A DNA stretch of 64,000 nt, from assembly GCA_964480485.1 (NCBI GenBank), contig CAYZOP010000005.1:124793-188792 (forward strand). Direction: 5' to 3'. This document shows, piece by piece, positions 46,341 to 55,952 of the stretch. Under the pieces are notes generated by a model. The model did not search any database. It was not told the origin of the DNA and worked only from the letters and a program-made list of their open reading frames with translations. Every line of letters starts with the position of its first letter. The stretch's first letter is position 1. The position numbers and the translations under genes are program-made. Source of the DNA: an uncultured Desulfobacterales bacterium (GTDB lineage Bacteria > Desulfobacterota > Desulfobaccia > Desulfobaccales > 0-14-0-80-60-11).

Positions 46341-47399
46341 ATGGAATATGAGCTGCACCAATTCATCGATCAGATCGCGCCGGTGGATCTCGCCTGGCTG
46401 GGGAAGGCCCAGGCGCGGCTGGACTCCCTCACCAAGCCGCCCGGCAGCTTGGGACGTCTGGAAGAGCTGGCCGCCCGGTATGTGGCCATTCGGGAGCAGG
46501 AGATGCCACCGTTGCGCAAGAAGCGGGTGGTGGTCTTCGCGGCCGACCACGGGGTGGTGGCCGAGGGGGTGAGCGCTTATCCTCAGGAAGTTACGTTCCA
46601 GATGGTGCTCAATTTTCTCCGGGGAGGGGCGGGCATCAACGTGCTGGCCCGGCAGGTGGGCGCCGAAGTGGAGGTGGTGGACATCGGCGTCAACCACGAG
46701 TTTGAGCGGGATCTCAACCTGGTGTACCGCAAGATTGCCCCCGGCACCCGCAATCTGGCCCGGGAGCCGGCCATGAGCCGGGAGCAGGCCCTGGAAGCTC
46801 TGTGGGTGGGCATCGAGCGGGCCAAGGAGGCGGCGAGCGCCGGCGTGGATGTCCTGGCCGCCGGTGACATGGGCATCGGCAACACCACCCCGGCCGCGGC
46901 CCTGGGGGCGGTGTTCTCCGGGCGGCCGGTGGCGGCCCTCACCGGCCGGGGCACCGGCATCACGGATGACACCCTGCGCCACAAGATCGGGGTGATCAAC
47001 CGGGCCCTGTCCATTCACCGGGTGGATGCCGCCGACCCCGTGGGGGTGTTGGCCGCGGTGGGGGGACTGGAAATCGCCGGCATCGCCGGCCTCATGTTAG
47101 GAGCGGCGGCGAGCCGCCGGCCCCTGGTAATGGACGGCTTTATCGCCACCGCCGGAGCCCTGGTGGCCGCCCGACTGGCCCCGCCGGTGACCGACTACCT
47201 CATCGCCGCCCACCGCTCTGCCGAACCCGGCCACCAGATTATGCTGGACACCCTGAACCTGAAGCCGTTGCTGGCCTTCAACCTCCGTCTGGGTGAGGGC
47301 ACTGGCGCTGCACTGGGGATGGTCCTGTTGGAAGCCGGGTTGAAAATCTACCGGGAAATGGCCACCTTTGCCGAGGCGGGTGTGGCGCAGAAGGAGTGA
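46341..47399 (+). CDS. cobT: Nicotinate-nucleotide--dimethylbenzimidazole phosphoribosyltransferase
   Basis: [12 protein letters not shown]; [18 protein letters not shown]; GDMGIGNTT; VGG.EIA; DGFI; LRLGEGTGA; MATF.EAGV. Confidence 0.97.
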   Translation: MEYELHQFIDQIAPVDLAWLGKAQARLDSLTKPPGSLGRLEELAARYVAIREQEMPPLRKKRVVVFAADHGVVAEGVSAYPQEVTFQMVLNFLRGGAGINVLARQVGAEVEVVDIGVNHEFERDLNLVYRKIAPGTRNLAREPAMSREQALEALWVGIERAKEAASAGVDVLAAGDMGIGNTTPAAALGAVFSGRPVAALTGRGTGITDDTLRHKIGVINRALSIHRVDAADPVGVLAAVGGLEIAGIAGLMLGAAASRRPLVMDGFIATAGALVAARLAPPVTDYLIAAHRSAEPGHQIMLDTLNLKPLLAFNLRLGEGTGAALGMVLLEAGLKIYREMATFAEAGVAQKE

Positions 47400-47572
47400 G
47401 CGGTGGGAAGTGGTCAGCAGTGAACACGCCGGTTTCCGCCGACGCCAAAGAGTACAGGAAAAAGGCAACCCCAAGCGTCATGGGCCCCCTCATCTTCATG
47501 CCAATCGTCAATCACCTCTTCATTGATCCGCTGGCCACGGACCACCGGCTCCTGACTGCCGGCCGCTGACCC
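47397..47572. repeat. Inverted degenerate heptamer arrays (TGGTCAG / CTGACCA type) flanking about 105 bp between cobT and cobS
   Basis: Left: TGAGCGG TGGGAAG TGGTCAG CAGTGAA. Right: CTGGCCA CGGACCA CCGGCTC CTGACTG CCGGCCG CTGACCC. Confidence 0.5.
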
Positions 47573-47574
47573 TC

Positions 47575-48318
47575 ATGCCCTGCACCTTTCCCCTGGCCCT
47601 GACCTTCCTCACCGTCATTCCCTGGCCCCGGCTGAAGTTGGCCGGGCCGAAGGAGTTGGCGCAGGCGCTCTTCTGGTTTCCCTGGGTGGGGGCCTTGCTC
47701 GGAGGGCTTTATGCCGCCGCGGCCCTGAGTCTGGGGAGCCTCTGGCCCCTGCCGGTTGCGGCCGCCCTGGTGACGGCCCTTACCGTGGTCCTTACCAGGG
47801 GTCTTCATCTGGATGGCCTGGCGGATACCCTGGACGGCCTGGGCGGGGGTCGGGATCCGGCCAGCCGGCTGGCAGTCATGAAAGACTCCCGTCTGGGGGC
47901 TTTCGGCGCCGTGGGCCTGGTGGTGGTGCTGCTCCTCAAATATGCCCTGCTCCTGGCCCTGCTGGAAAAAGGAAGATTTGCCGGCTTGGTGCTCTTTCCC
48001 GCCGTCAGCCGCTGGGGCCTGGTGCTCCTGGCATTTCTTTCACCCTATGCCCGTCCGGAGGGCGGTCTGGGCCGGGCCATGATCGAGGGGGTCACCTCCC
48101 GTACTCTGACGGGCGCCACCCTGGCCGCCCTGGGGCTGAGCCTGGTGCTCTTCCGGATGCAGGGTCTGCTCGTCCTGGCGGCGGCCGGGCTCTTGGTCCT
48201 GGCCTGGAGCCGCTTTTTCCAGCGAACCTTGGGAGGGATAACCGGCGATGTTTTGGGAGCCGCCAATGAGCTGCTGGAGGTGCTGGCCTTGGGTGGGCTG
48301 ACCTTGGGGCAGGGCTGA
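47575..48318 (+). CDS. cobS: Adenosylcobinamide-GDP ribazoletransferase (cobalamin synthase)
   Basis: FLT.IP; FPWVG; GLHLDGLADT.DG; MKDSRLGAFG; GGITGDVLGA.NE. Confidence 0.96.
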   Translation: MPCTFPLALTFLTVIPWPRLKLAGPKELAQALFWFPWVGALLGGLYAAAALSLGSLWPLPVAAALVTALTVVLTRGLHLDGLADTLDGLGGGRDPASRLAVMKDSRLGAFGAVGLVVVLLLKYALLLALLEKGRFAGLVLFPAVSRWGLVLLAFLSPYARPEGGLGRAMIEGVTSRTLTGATLAALGLSLVLFRMQGLLVLAAAGLLVLAWSRFFQRTLGGITGDVLGAANELLEVLALGGLTLGQG

Positions 48319-48715
48319 AGCCAGGCCCATGGGGCCAGGGGGGCCGCCGGTATTTGTTCCGACGGGGGGTTGGCGGAGAGCGTTTTGTTTGATAATATAT
48401 AAATTGATGTGGCAGCGACTTCCCGGTTTTCCCTGACATTGCTCTGACCCTGCCGAGGCGGCCCCTCGGTGTTCCATCCGTTCCTCTTTTTCATACTCCC
48501 AGACAGGCAGAAAATGGGGAAGGCCTCCGGCCGGCCCTGCAGTGCCGGCGAAATGTCTTCGTAAGGGGTCGGAGGTTGCGGACCCCGCCCCATAGCTTTT
48601 GTCCTTTTTTGTTCCTCCGGCATCGGGGGGTGGGGAAGAGAGGTTGGGGAGGGGAGGGCAAGACTTCTTTGACCCTCCCCTGCATATAACTCGCGTATGT
48701 TTATAGGAGGCGGCC

Positions 48716-49823
48716 ATGTTGCCGGATGTGACCGAAACCCGTGTCAAGCTCAAGCAATTCCGCGACAAGTTAACCCAGCTCCGAGGTCATCTTTGATTTA
48801 GACGGCAAATTGCGGCGCGTGCAGGAGCTGGAGGACATTATGAGCAAGCCCGGCTTCTGGGACGACCCGGCCCAGGGTGCGCCGGTGCTCAAGGAACGGG
48901 CGGGTCTTCTGGCCGCGGTGGAGGACTACCACGGCCGGGAAAAGCAGGTGGAGGACCTGGAGATCCTGCTGGACCTGGCCCAGGAGGAGGAGGACCAGCA
49001 GGCCCTGAAGGACGTGGTCCGGGAGATGGCCGACCTGGAGCGGGACTTCCGAGACTGGGAGCTCAGGCTCCTCATGGCTGCGGAAGAGGATCAGAAAAAC
49101 GCCATCATCACCATCCACGCCGGCGCCGGCGGCACCGAAGCCCAGGACTGGGCCGAGATGCTTTTGCGCATGTATCTGCGCTACGCCGAGCGCAAGAACT
49201 TCCAGACCGAGACCATCGACCTGCTGCCCGGCGACGAGGCCGGAGTGAAGAGCGTTACCTTTACGGCCTCGGGCCCTTATGCCTACGGCTACTTCAAAAG
49301 CGAAAACGGCATCCACCGGCTGGTGCGCATCTCGCCCTTTGACGCCAGCGGCCGCCGGCACACCTCCTTTGCCGCGGTCCAGGTGCTGCCGGAAGTGGAC
49401 GACCGCATTGAGGTGGAGATCAACGACAAGGATCTCAGGGTGGACACCTTCCGGGCCAGCGGCCCAGGAGGGCAGCACGTCAACAAGACCAGCTCCGCGG
49501 TGCGCCTCACCCACCTGCCCACCGGCATCGTGGTCAGCAGCCAGTCGGAGCGTTCCCAACACCGCAACCGGGAGTTGGCCATGAAGGTGCTCCGGGCGCG
49601 CCTCTATGACCTGGAGCGGCGAAAGCGGGAAGAAAAACGGCAGGAGTTGCAGGATACCCAAAAGGAGATCGCCTGGGGCAGCCAGGTGCGCTCCTATATC
49701 ATGCAGCCCTACCGCCTCATCAAGGATCACCGCACCAAATACGAGGCAGGCAACGTGGAGGCAGTGCTGGACGGCGACCTGGACGGCTTTGTGGAGGCGT
49801 ACCTGCTCAATCCGGAGAACTAG
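48716..49823 (+). CDS. prfB: Peptide chain release factor 2 with +1 programmed frameshift
   Basis: GGAGG RBS; ATG 48716 gives 26 codons ending CTT then TGA (48794). Shifting +1 gives GAT TTA GAC and joins ORF 48810..49823 ([25 protein letters not shown]). An SD-like AGGT lies 3 nt before the slip site. Confidence 0.96.
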
Positions 49824-49922
49824 GCCCACGCCGCGCCGCCAGCCGGGCGGAATGGAGGGGTGAAGGGGTCCCGCCGGCATTGGGGGTCAGGCAGCGGGAC
49901 CCTGAGGGGAGGCGAAGCCGGC

Positions 49923-50159
49923 TCAGCTCTCCGGCACCGCTTTGGGTTTACACAGAAAGTCTTCCGAGGTGGCCAGCCGGCCGCACTGTTCACAAACGTA
50001 TTTGATGTCCTCCAGTTTGCCTTTGCAGTAATGCTTGGTGTGAGGGGCCTTCTCCCCACAGTAGGCGCAGGTCATGGCCTCGCCTTTGGGGTTGCACAGG
50101 TGGCCCGGCTCATCGGCCAACGCGCCGCAGGTTTCGCACACATACACCCTTTTTGCCAT
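49923..50159 (-). CDS. Small Cys-rich protein with an internally duplicated zinc-finger-like motif
   Basis: 78 aa: YVCETCGALA...LCNPK and YVCEQCGRLA...LCKPK flanking CAYC...H.C; GGAGG RBS; TTGACA-16-TATCTT upstream. Confidence 0.75.
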   Translation of the reverse strand: MAKRVYVCETCGALADEPGHLCNPKGEAMTCAYCGEKAPHTKHYCKGKLEDIKYVCEQCGRLATSEDFLCKPKAVPES

Positions 50160-50279
50160 AATGCTGTTCAGACCTCCTTCCTTCCATTTGCTAAAAGATA
50201 AGGACACCCGCCTTGGTGTCAAGGAGGCCAAATCTGAGGGCCATGGCCGACCCCCGGGAGGTGCGGCGGCAAAGGCGCC

Positions 50280-51185
50280 TCAGGAGGTGAGAATCAGGCG
50301 GGCCGGGCTGGAGTCCAGGCAGGCGAGGGCGCCCAGGGGCAGGGTGAAGTTGTCCGGCTGATGGCCCACCGGCAGGCCGGCGAGCACCGGCACGCCCAGC
50401 GGGGCCAGGGCCTGGGCCATGACCTCCAATGCCAGGGCGGCGTCGCCGGCGGAGTTGGTGAAGGCACCCAGGACCACCCCGGTGATCCCCTCCAGGCACC
50501 CGGCCAATAACAGATGGTGCAGGAGCCGGTCCAGACGGTAGGGGGCCTCGTTGTGGTCTTCCAGGAAGAGGATGGCCCCGGCCAGCCGGGGCATGAAGGG
50601 CGTGCCCACCAAGTGGCACAGGGTGGTGAGGTTGCCGCCCAGCAGAGGGCCCGCCGCCGTCCCGGCGTGGAGGACGGTGAGACCCTCAAAGGTGCGGGGC
50701 TCGGGGGCGGAAGCCGCCAGCCAGCGGAAAAAATCCTCCCGGGCGGCCGGCGTCAGGGCAGGCAGGTGGGCCACCGTGGGGCCGTGGAACGCCATCACCC
50801 CCGCCTTGGCCTGGCAGAACAGGAGCAAGGCGGTGAGATCGCTGAACCCCACCAGGCGTTTGGGCCGCTGCCGCAGGAGCCCAGGGTCCAAATGGCGCAG
50901 AGTCTTGAAGGAACCGTAGCCGCCCCGGGCGCCGATGACGGCTTTGACCTGGGGGTCATCCCAGGCCGCCAGAAAGGCCCGGGCCCGCTCCCGGTCCGCC
51001 GCTTCCCCCCAAGGACGGGTCTGAGTGGCCTCGGGGCCCACCTGCACCCGGTAACCGGCCTCCGTGAGCAGACGCACCCCGTCGGCCAGAAGGCGGCGGT
51101 CCACCGGGCTGGCCGGCGCCGCCACCGCCACCAGGTCGCCGGGTTCAGCCGGCGGCGGCCAGAGAGCGACAGGAGCAGGTGCCAT
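50280..51185 (-). CDS. LD-carboxypeptidase (peptidase S66)
   Basis: GD.VAVAAPAS; AVIGARGGYGS; VGFSDLTAL; FHGP; GGNL..L..L.GT; LFLED.NE..YR.DR; PVGH. Start set at MAPAPV. Confidence 0.93.
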   Translation of the reverse strand: MAPAPVALWPPPAEPGDLVAVAAPASPVDRRLLADGVRLLTEAGYRVQVGPEATQTRPWGEAADRERARAFLAAWDDPQVKAVIGARGGYGSFKTLRHLDPGLLRQRPKRLVGFSDLTALLLFCQAKAGVMAFHGPTVAHLPALTPAAREDFFRWLAASAPEPRTFEGLTVLHAGTAAGPLLGGNLTTLCHLVGTPFMPRLAGAILFLEDHNEAPYRLDRLLHHLLLAGCLEGITGVVLGAFTNSAGDAALALEVMAQALAPLGVPVLAGLPVGHQPDNFTLPLGALACLDSSPARLILTS

Positions 51186-51348
51186 GGGTTCCCAACCTCC
51201 GAAGCCCTGGCCCTGCCTTTCACGGGGACCAGGGGGACGCGCGGAAACCGGATAAACAAATTTGTGCACCACTTGGTCTAAAAGATAGCTTATAATATCA
51301 CCGATTTCCACCCGAAGCAGGGAAAACCCGATTCTGGGGAGGCCTTGC

Positions 51349-52917
51349 ATGCACCAAACCTGCCGCTGGAGGCCCTGGCCGATTCCGGGGGCGCCGTTGG
51401 CGCTGGCGCTCTGTCTGGGCGCTGCCCTGATGTTTCGCCTGGCCGACCTGGGAGCCCGGAACCTGTGGACCGACGAGGCCTGGTTGGCCCTGGCGGCGCT
51501 CAAGGCCGGTCCGGCTGAGGCCCTGGCGGCGGGGCAGTCCACGCCGCCTTGGTATCTCCTGACTGTCTGGGCTCTGGCCCAGGTCTTCGGTAGCGGCGAG
51601 GCGGTCCTCCGGTCCCTTTCCCTGATCCTGGGGATGGGCGCGGTCCTGCTCATGTGGCCCCTGGCCCGGCGCCTGGCTCCTGGCGGCGCTGCCTGGCTGG
51701 GGCTGGCCGCCGTGGCGGGTTCGCCGGTGCTCGTCTATTTTTCCAAGGAATTGAAGCAATACAGCGGCGACGCCTTTTTTGCAATGCTCCTGGCGTTGCT
51801 GGCCGAGCGCTGCCGGGAGCGCCCCACCCGCAGCCGCCTGGCCCTGCTCACGGCGGCGGGGTCGGTGGGCCTGGGCTTCTCCCACCCCCTGGTCTTCATC
51901 CTGCCGGTGGTGCTGGCGGTCCTGAGCTTTTCTCTGCCCCGCCCCTGGAGGGGAGGACTGGCTCTGACCGGCCTGCTGTGGGGGGCGGCGTTTCTGGGGT
52001 ATTATCACTTTTTCTTCAGCCGGCAGGTGGATCCCGGTCTCCTCACGTATTGGGCGCAGGACTTCCCGGACTTCACCGGCGTCGCCGCCTTTTGCACCTG
52101 GCTCGGGGGGGCCCTGGCCCGGTATTTTCACTATTTCTTCGGCGATGGGGGGCTGTGGTGGGCGCCCCCCCTGCTCCTGGCGGGTCTGGTCAGCCTTCAC
52201 CTCCAGGGCCGGCCCCGGCTCTTGCTCTATTGGGCCGGCCCCCTGCTCGTGGCCTTTGTGGCTGCGGCGCTCCACCGCTATCCCTTCATGGGCCATTACA
52301 ACGGCAGCCGGCTCATGCTGTTTTCCGCTCCCTTTCTTTACCTGGGGGTGGCGGCGGGGGCAGCCACCGGCCTCACCTGGCTGTGGGGCCGGCAGCGCCT
52401 TTTGGCGGGCGCCGCGGCGGCGGCGCTGGTGTTGAGTTTGAACCCGGTGGCCGTGGTCCGGGAAAACCTGCACCCCTCCATGAACCGCCGGCAGATCAAA
52501 CCGTTGGTGGACAGGCTGGCCCGGGAAGCAGGCCCCCGGGATTATGTCTATGTCTATTATTACGCCACCTATCCGGTGAAGTATTATCTCCCCGACTGTC
52601 AGGGTCGGGTCGGGTGGGGGAAGTCCTGTGTGGAGAGAGGCCTCATCATCGACGACGATGAGGATGATGAGGATGAAGATCAGTTTCCGGCCCGGGTGTG
52701 GCTCATCGCCGCCCACTTCCCCGATGTGGCCCATATGGAACAGTTTGCCGATGAGCTTTTGGGACCCTCATGGCAGCGCACCCGCCAGTTCACCGAACCC
52801 GGGGCGGTGCTGATGTGCCTGGAGCGCCGGGCCAAGACCTGGGCTCAGAACCATCCCCGGCCAAGACCGCCTGTATCTTCCGCTCCAGTTCCGCCATCCG
52901 AAAAGGCTTCTGAATAA
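51349..52917 (+). CDS. Multi-pass membrane glycosyltransferase (GT-C / family 39-like)
   Basis: LW.DEAW; PP.Y; E..LR..S; S.ELKQYS.D; many TM segments. Confidence 0.7.
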   Translation: MHQTCRWRPWPIPGAPLALALCLGAALMFRLADLGARNLWTDEAWLALAALKAGPAEALAAGQSTPPWYLLTVWALAQVFGSGEAVLRSLSLILGMGAVLLMWPLARRLAPGGAAWLGLAAVAGSPVLVYFSKELKQYSGDAFFAMLLALLAERCRERPTRSRLALLTAAGSVGLGFSHPLVFILPVVLAVLSFSLPRPWRGGLALTGLLWGAAFLGYYHFFFSRQVDPGLLTYWAQDFPDFTGVAAFCTWLGGALARYFHYFFGDGGLWWAPPLLLAGLVSLHLQGRPRLLLYWAGPLLVAFVAAALHRYPFMGHYNGSRLMLFSAPFLYLGVAAGAATGLTWLWGRQRLLAGAAAAALVLSLNPVAVVRENLHPSMNRRQIKPLVDRLAREAGPRDYVYVYYYATYPVKYYLPDCQGRVGWGKSCVERGLIIDDDEDDEDEDQFPARVWLIAAHFPDVAHMEQFADELLGPSWQRTRQFTEPGAVLMCLERRAKTWAQNHPRPRPPVSSAPVPPSEKASE

Positions 52918-53254
52918 CCCCCGAGGCTCCCTGGCGCCGCAGACGCTCCTGCTCCCGGGAAGAAACAAACCCCGAGGCCAGGAGCACCCGGGCCTGGGGA
53001 TCCAGGGATTGGAGGGCCTGCAGCACTTCGGTGCCGGACAGGCCGGGAAGATGGTAATCCAGGATCACCAGGTCCACCTGCCCTGCCTCGCCATACTGCT
53101 GCAGCGCCTCGGGTCCGGTCCGGGCCACCGCCACCCGGTACCCCAACCGCTCCAGCACTTCCCGGGCCAGCCGGCAGATCGCCGGATCATCGTCCACCAG
53201 CAGGATGTGGGCCCGGGGGGCGCCTGCTCCGGCTAGGCGCGGCCTGAGGGACAT
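52790..53254 (-). CDS. Single-domain response regulator (receiver)
   Basis: ILLVDDD; DLVILDYHLPGLSG (phospho-Asp); LLASG; IQKPF. Confidence 0.9.
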   Translation of the reverse strand: MSLRPRLAGAGAPRAHILLVDDDPAICRLAREVLERLGYRVAVARTGPEALQQYGEAGQVDLVILDYHLPGLSGTEVLQALQSLDPQARVLLASGFVSSREQERLRRQGASGVIQKPFRMAELERKIQAVLAGDGSEPRSWPGAPGTSAPPRVR

Positions 53255-53432
53255 GCCAGTCTGTTCCTTTCTGCACTCATAACCTTAATAGGGCAATGCC
53301 TCGGGGCCAGGTCGGTCCGCCCCCCCCTGCTTCCTTATCGGCAGGAAGTTCCCCAATCTTAAGGGCTTGGCGGTGCCGATCAACGATTGCCGGAAGCCGC
53401 CCCAGAGCGGCAACCTTCCCGCGCTCGCGGGA

Positions 53433-53747
53433 TCAATCCGGACCCGGGAGGAAGCGCACCTCCCGAACGATGCCGGGCCCCAGGACCCTGGCGATTTCCG
53501 CCACCAGCCGGGGCTGGAGAAATTGAAGCTCCTGCATGACAGGGCTGGCCGCCACCGACACCCGGAGCTCGCCCCGCTTCAGGTCCAGCAGCCTGGCCTG
53601 GGCCCTGAGGGCCGGCGGCACCACCCGCTCCCAGACCTCCCGGATAAGGTGGCGCTGCTGAAGGATTTGCCAGTCCCCGGGTTTGAGGAGGCCGTTCAGC
53701 ACCTCCTTCACGGGCACCGGTCGGTTCGTTCCCTGCCGCCTGGACAT
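53433..53747 (-). CDS. DUF721 / DciA-like protein
   Basis: V.EVL..LL; W..VV; L.V.VAAS..MQELQF....L...I...LG..IV.E.RF. Start set at MSRRQG. Confidence 0.72.
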   Translation of the reverse strand: MSRRQGTNRPVPVKEVLNGLLKPGDWQILQQRHLIREVWERVVPPALRAQARLLDLKRGELRVSVAASPVMQELQFLQPRLVAEIARVLGPGIVREVRFLPGPD

Positions 53748-53843
53748 GCGCGCTCCTGGTAGAGAAGTTGGCGGATGAGGGACCCAGGGTCGTTCCCCGC
53801 GGCCACCGTTCCCCCCTCTGCCCACCCCTTTTCGAGGGGAGGG

Positions 53844-53896
53844 GAGCCTGAGGAGAGGGCGGGGGAGCCAGGCTCTCTCGCCCTCCCCTCAGGCTC
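53844..53896. repeat. Best copy of a dispersed about 45-55 bp GAGGGGAGGGCGGGGGAG...CTCCCCCGCCCTCCCCTC palindromic repeat family
   Basis: GAGCCTGAGGAGAGGGCGGGGGAGCCAGGCTCTCTCGCCCTCCCCTCAGGCTC. Related copies at about 9998-10045, 44251-44292, 46266-46316, 48645-48682, 55111-55147 and 57263-57314. Confidence 0.6.
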
Positions 53897-55077
53897 TAAT
53901 CCATGTCCCGCAGCGCTTGGGCGAAACCGGAGGCGGCCCGTTCGATGGTGGCCTCGGGGACGCAGAAGGCCAGGCGGAAGAAGCCTCCCCGGCCAAACCC
54001 CCGGCCCGGGACCGCCAGGATGTTTTCCTGCTTCAGGCGCTGCACGAAGGCCAGGTCGTCGCCGCCGGGGGCCTGGGGAAAGAAGTAGAAGGCCCCCTTG
54101 GGCATGACGAACTCGTAGCCGGCCTCTTGAAGGATCCGGGCAAGGAGATCCCGGCGCCGGGCATAAGGGGACAGGTCCACCGCCACCCCGGGCAGGGCCG
54201 CCACCACCCGCTGCATCAGGGCCGGGGCGTTGACGAACCCCAAGATGCGGTTGGCCAGCACCATGCCGGCGATGAGCTCGTCCTTGTCCTTCGCCGCGGG
54301 CGACACCGCCGCGATTCCCAGGCGCTCCCCGGGAATGGAGAGTTCTTTGGAGAAAGAGGTGACCAGGATGGTGTGGGGGTAGGCGGCAAAGATATTGGGC
54401 AGGGTGAGATCGTCATAGACTAAGCGGGAGTAGGGTTCGTCGGCAATGAGATAGACGGGCTCCCCCCGTCGTTGCCCGTGCGCCAGCAGGAGGTCCCCCA
54501 ACTCCCTAAGGGAGGCGGCGTCATACACCTGGCCGGTGGGATTGTTGGGGGAGTTGATGATGACCACCCGGGTCCGGGTTCCCAGGGCGTCGGCCAGACG
54601 GTTCAGGTCGAGCCGAAAAGAGGGATCGGTCTCCACCACCCGGGGGACGCCGCCGTGATTGTCGGCGTAGAATAGATACTCCGGGAAAAAGGGGGCGAAG
54701 ACCAGGACTTCATCCCCGGGATCCAGGAGGGCCTTCAGGGCGACGTTCAGGCCGCCGGCGGCGCCGCAGGTGAGCACCAGGTCGACGGGGCCGAAGGGTT
54801 GCCCGTACTGCCGCTGCAATTGGGCCGCCAGGGCCCGGCGGGCAAACAGCAGCCCGGCATTGGGCATGTAACTGTGCAGGCCGGGGGTGCGATCGGCGAC
54901 TGCCGCCGCCAGGGCCTCTTTGAAGCGGGGTGGCGGCTCCAGGTCAGGATTCCCCAGGGTGAAATCATAGACGTTTTCCGGTCCCAGCCGGGCCTTGAGT
55001 TCCGCTCCCTCTTCAAACATGCGCCTGATCCAGGAAGCGCTTTCCATGGACGCCTTAATCTTGCGGGAAACACCCAT
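53896..55077 (-). CDS. PLP-dependent aminotransferase class I/II (aspartate aminotransferase-like)
   Basis: SWIRRMFEEG; DFTLGNPD; INSPNNPTG; DEPY; SFSK..S.PGERLG; PGRGFG. Start set at MGVSRK. Confidence 0.93.
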   Translation of the reverse strand: MGVSRKIKASMESASWIRRMFEEGAELKARLGPENVYDFTLGNPDLEPPPRFKEALAAAVADRTPGLHSYMPNAGLLFARRALAAQLQRQYGQPFGPVDLVLTCGAAGGLNVALKALLDPGDEVLVFAPFFPEYLFYADNHGGVPRVVETDPSFRLDLNRLADALGTRTRVVIINSPNNPTGQVYDAASLRELGDLLLAHGQRRGEPVYLIADEPYSRLVYDDLTLPNIFAAYPHTILVTSFSKELSIPGERLGIAAVSPAAKDKDELIAGMVLANRILGFVNAPALMQRVVAALPGVAVDLSPYARRRDLLARILQEAGYEFVMPKGAFYFFPQAPGGDDLAFVQRLKQENILAVPGRGFGRGGFFRLAFCVPEATIERAASGFAQALRDMD

Positions 55078-55142
55078 TGAGTCCTCGAAAGTTGTGAAAT
55101 CTGGCTTATTAGAGGAGGGGAGCCGGGCTCCCCAGCCCACCC

Positions 55143-55874
55143 TCAGGTCGATTTCTTCAGCCGGCGGCCGCGGCGCAGGTCCTGGGCGGCCTGGGGCGGC
55201 AGTCCGGCGGCCAGGAGGGCTTCGGCGGTGCGCTGCACGTCGTAGTCCACCCGGCGGATTTCCACCTGCAGGTCTATTTGCATGGTAAGCAGGGCCCAAC
55301 TGGCCCGGTAATCCCCGTCTTTGGGGAAGCCCACGCTTCCGGGGTTGATGAGCCATTTGCCCGCCACTTGGCGCACCAGGGGAAGGTGGGTGTGGCCGGT
55401 AAGCAGGGCTTTCTCGACGATGCCCTCCAGCACCGGCCGAAGTTCCGCCTCCCCCAGATGGGGGCGCAGGTATTCCCGGATGTTCCGGGGGCTGCCGTGA
55501 GTCAGGAGGATTTCCATGCCGTTGAGCTTCAGGCTGAGGCGGTCCGGAAGGCCCAGGAGGAAATCCCGGGTTGCCGCGGTGACCTGGGTCTGCGTCCAAC
55601 GGTAAATGTCCCTGGCCAGATCGGTGATGGCGGGATTAAGGTAGGTGGCGATGGGGTCAGGGACGTCGGCGGCCACCGCCAGGTCGTAGTTGCCTGCCAC
55701 CCCCTGAAGGTTCAGGTCCCTCACCATGGAGACCACTTCGTTGGGAAAAGGGTTGTAGCCCACCAGATCGCCCAGGTGCCAGGTGGCATCCACCCGTTGG
55801 GCGGCAATGTCGGCCAGCACCGCCTCGAGGGCGGGGAGATTCCCATGAATGTCGGAAATGATAGCCAATCTCAT
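55143..55874 (-). CDS. Metallophosphoesterase (calcineurin-like)
   Basis: SDIHGN; LGDLVGY; GNYD; HGSP; GHTH; NPGSVG. Confidence 0.92.
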   Translation of the reverse strand: MRLAIISDIHGNLPALEAVLADIAAQRVDATWHLGDLVGYNPFPNEVVSMVRDLNLQGVAGNYDLAVAADVPDPIATYLNPAITDLARDIYRWTQTQVTAATRDFLLGLPDRLSLKLNGMEILLTHGSPRNIREYLRPHLGEAELRPVLEGIVEKALLTGHTHLPLVRQVAGKWLINPGSVGFPKDGDYRASWALLTMQIDLQVEIRRVDYDVQRTAEALLAAGLPPQAAQDLRRGRRLKKST

Positions 55875-55952
55875 AGGTTCGAAGCTGTCGCCTCATGCTC
55901 CGGCAGGGTCTGGGCCCGGGGGCGGCCTGGTCCTTCCCGGCTCCCCGGCGCC

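Noticed and set aside
48319-48715. AT-richer spacer between cobS and prfB with short minus-strand ORFs (e.g. 48491..48685)
   Set aside because: No RBS or motif support, and translations look like random GC-rich frames. Most likely promoter plus hairpin sequence.
48794-48796. prfB internal TGA as a third selenocysteine
   Set aside because: The downstream coding region is in the +1 frame, and the CTT-TGA plus upstream SD pattern is the known RF2 frameshift.
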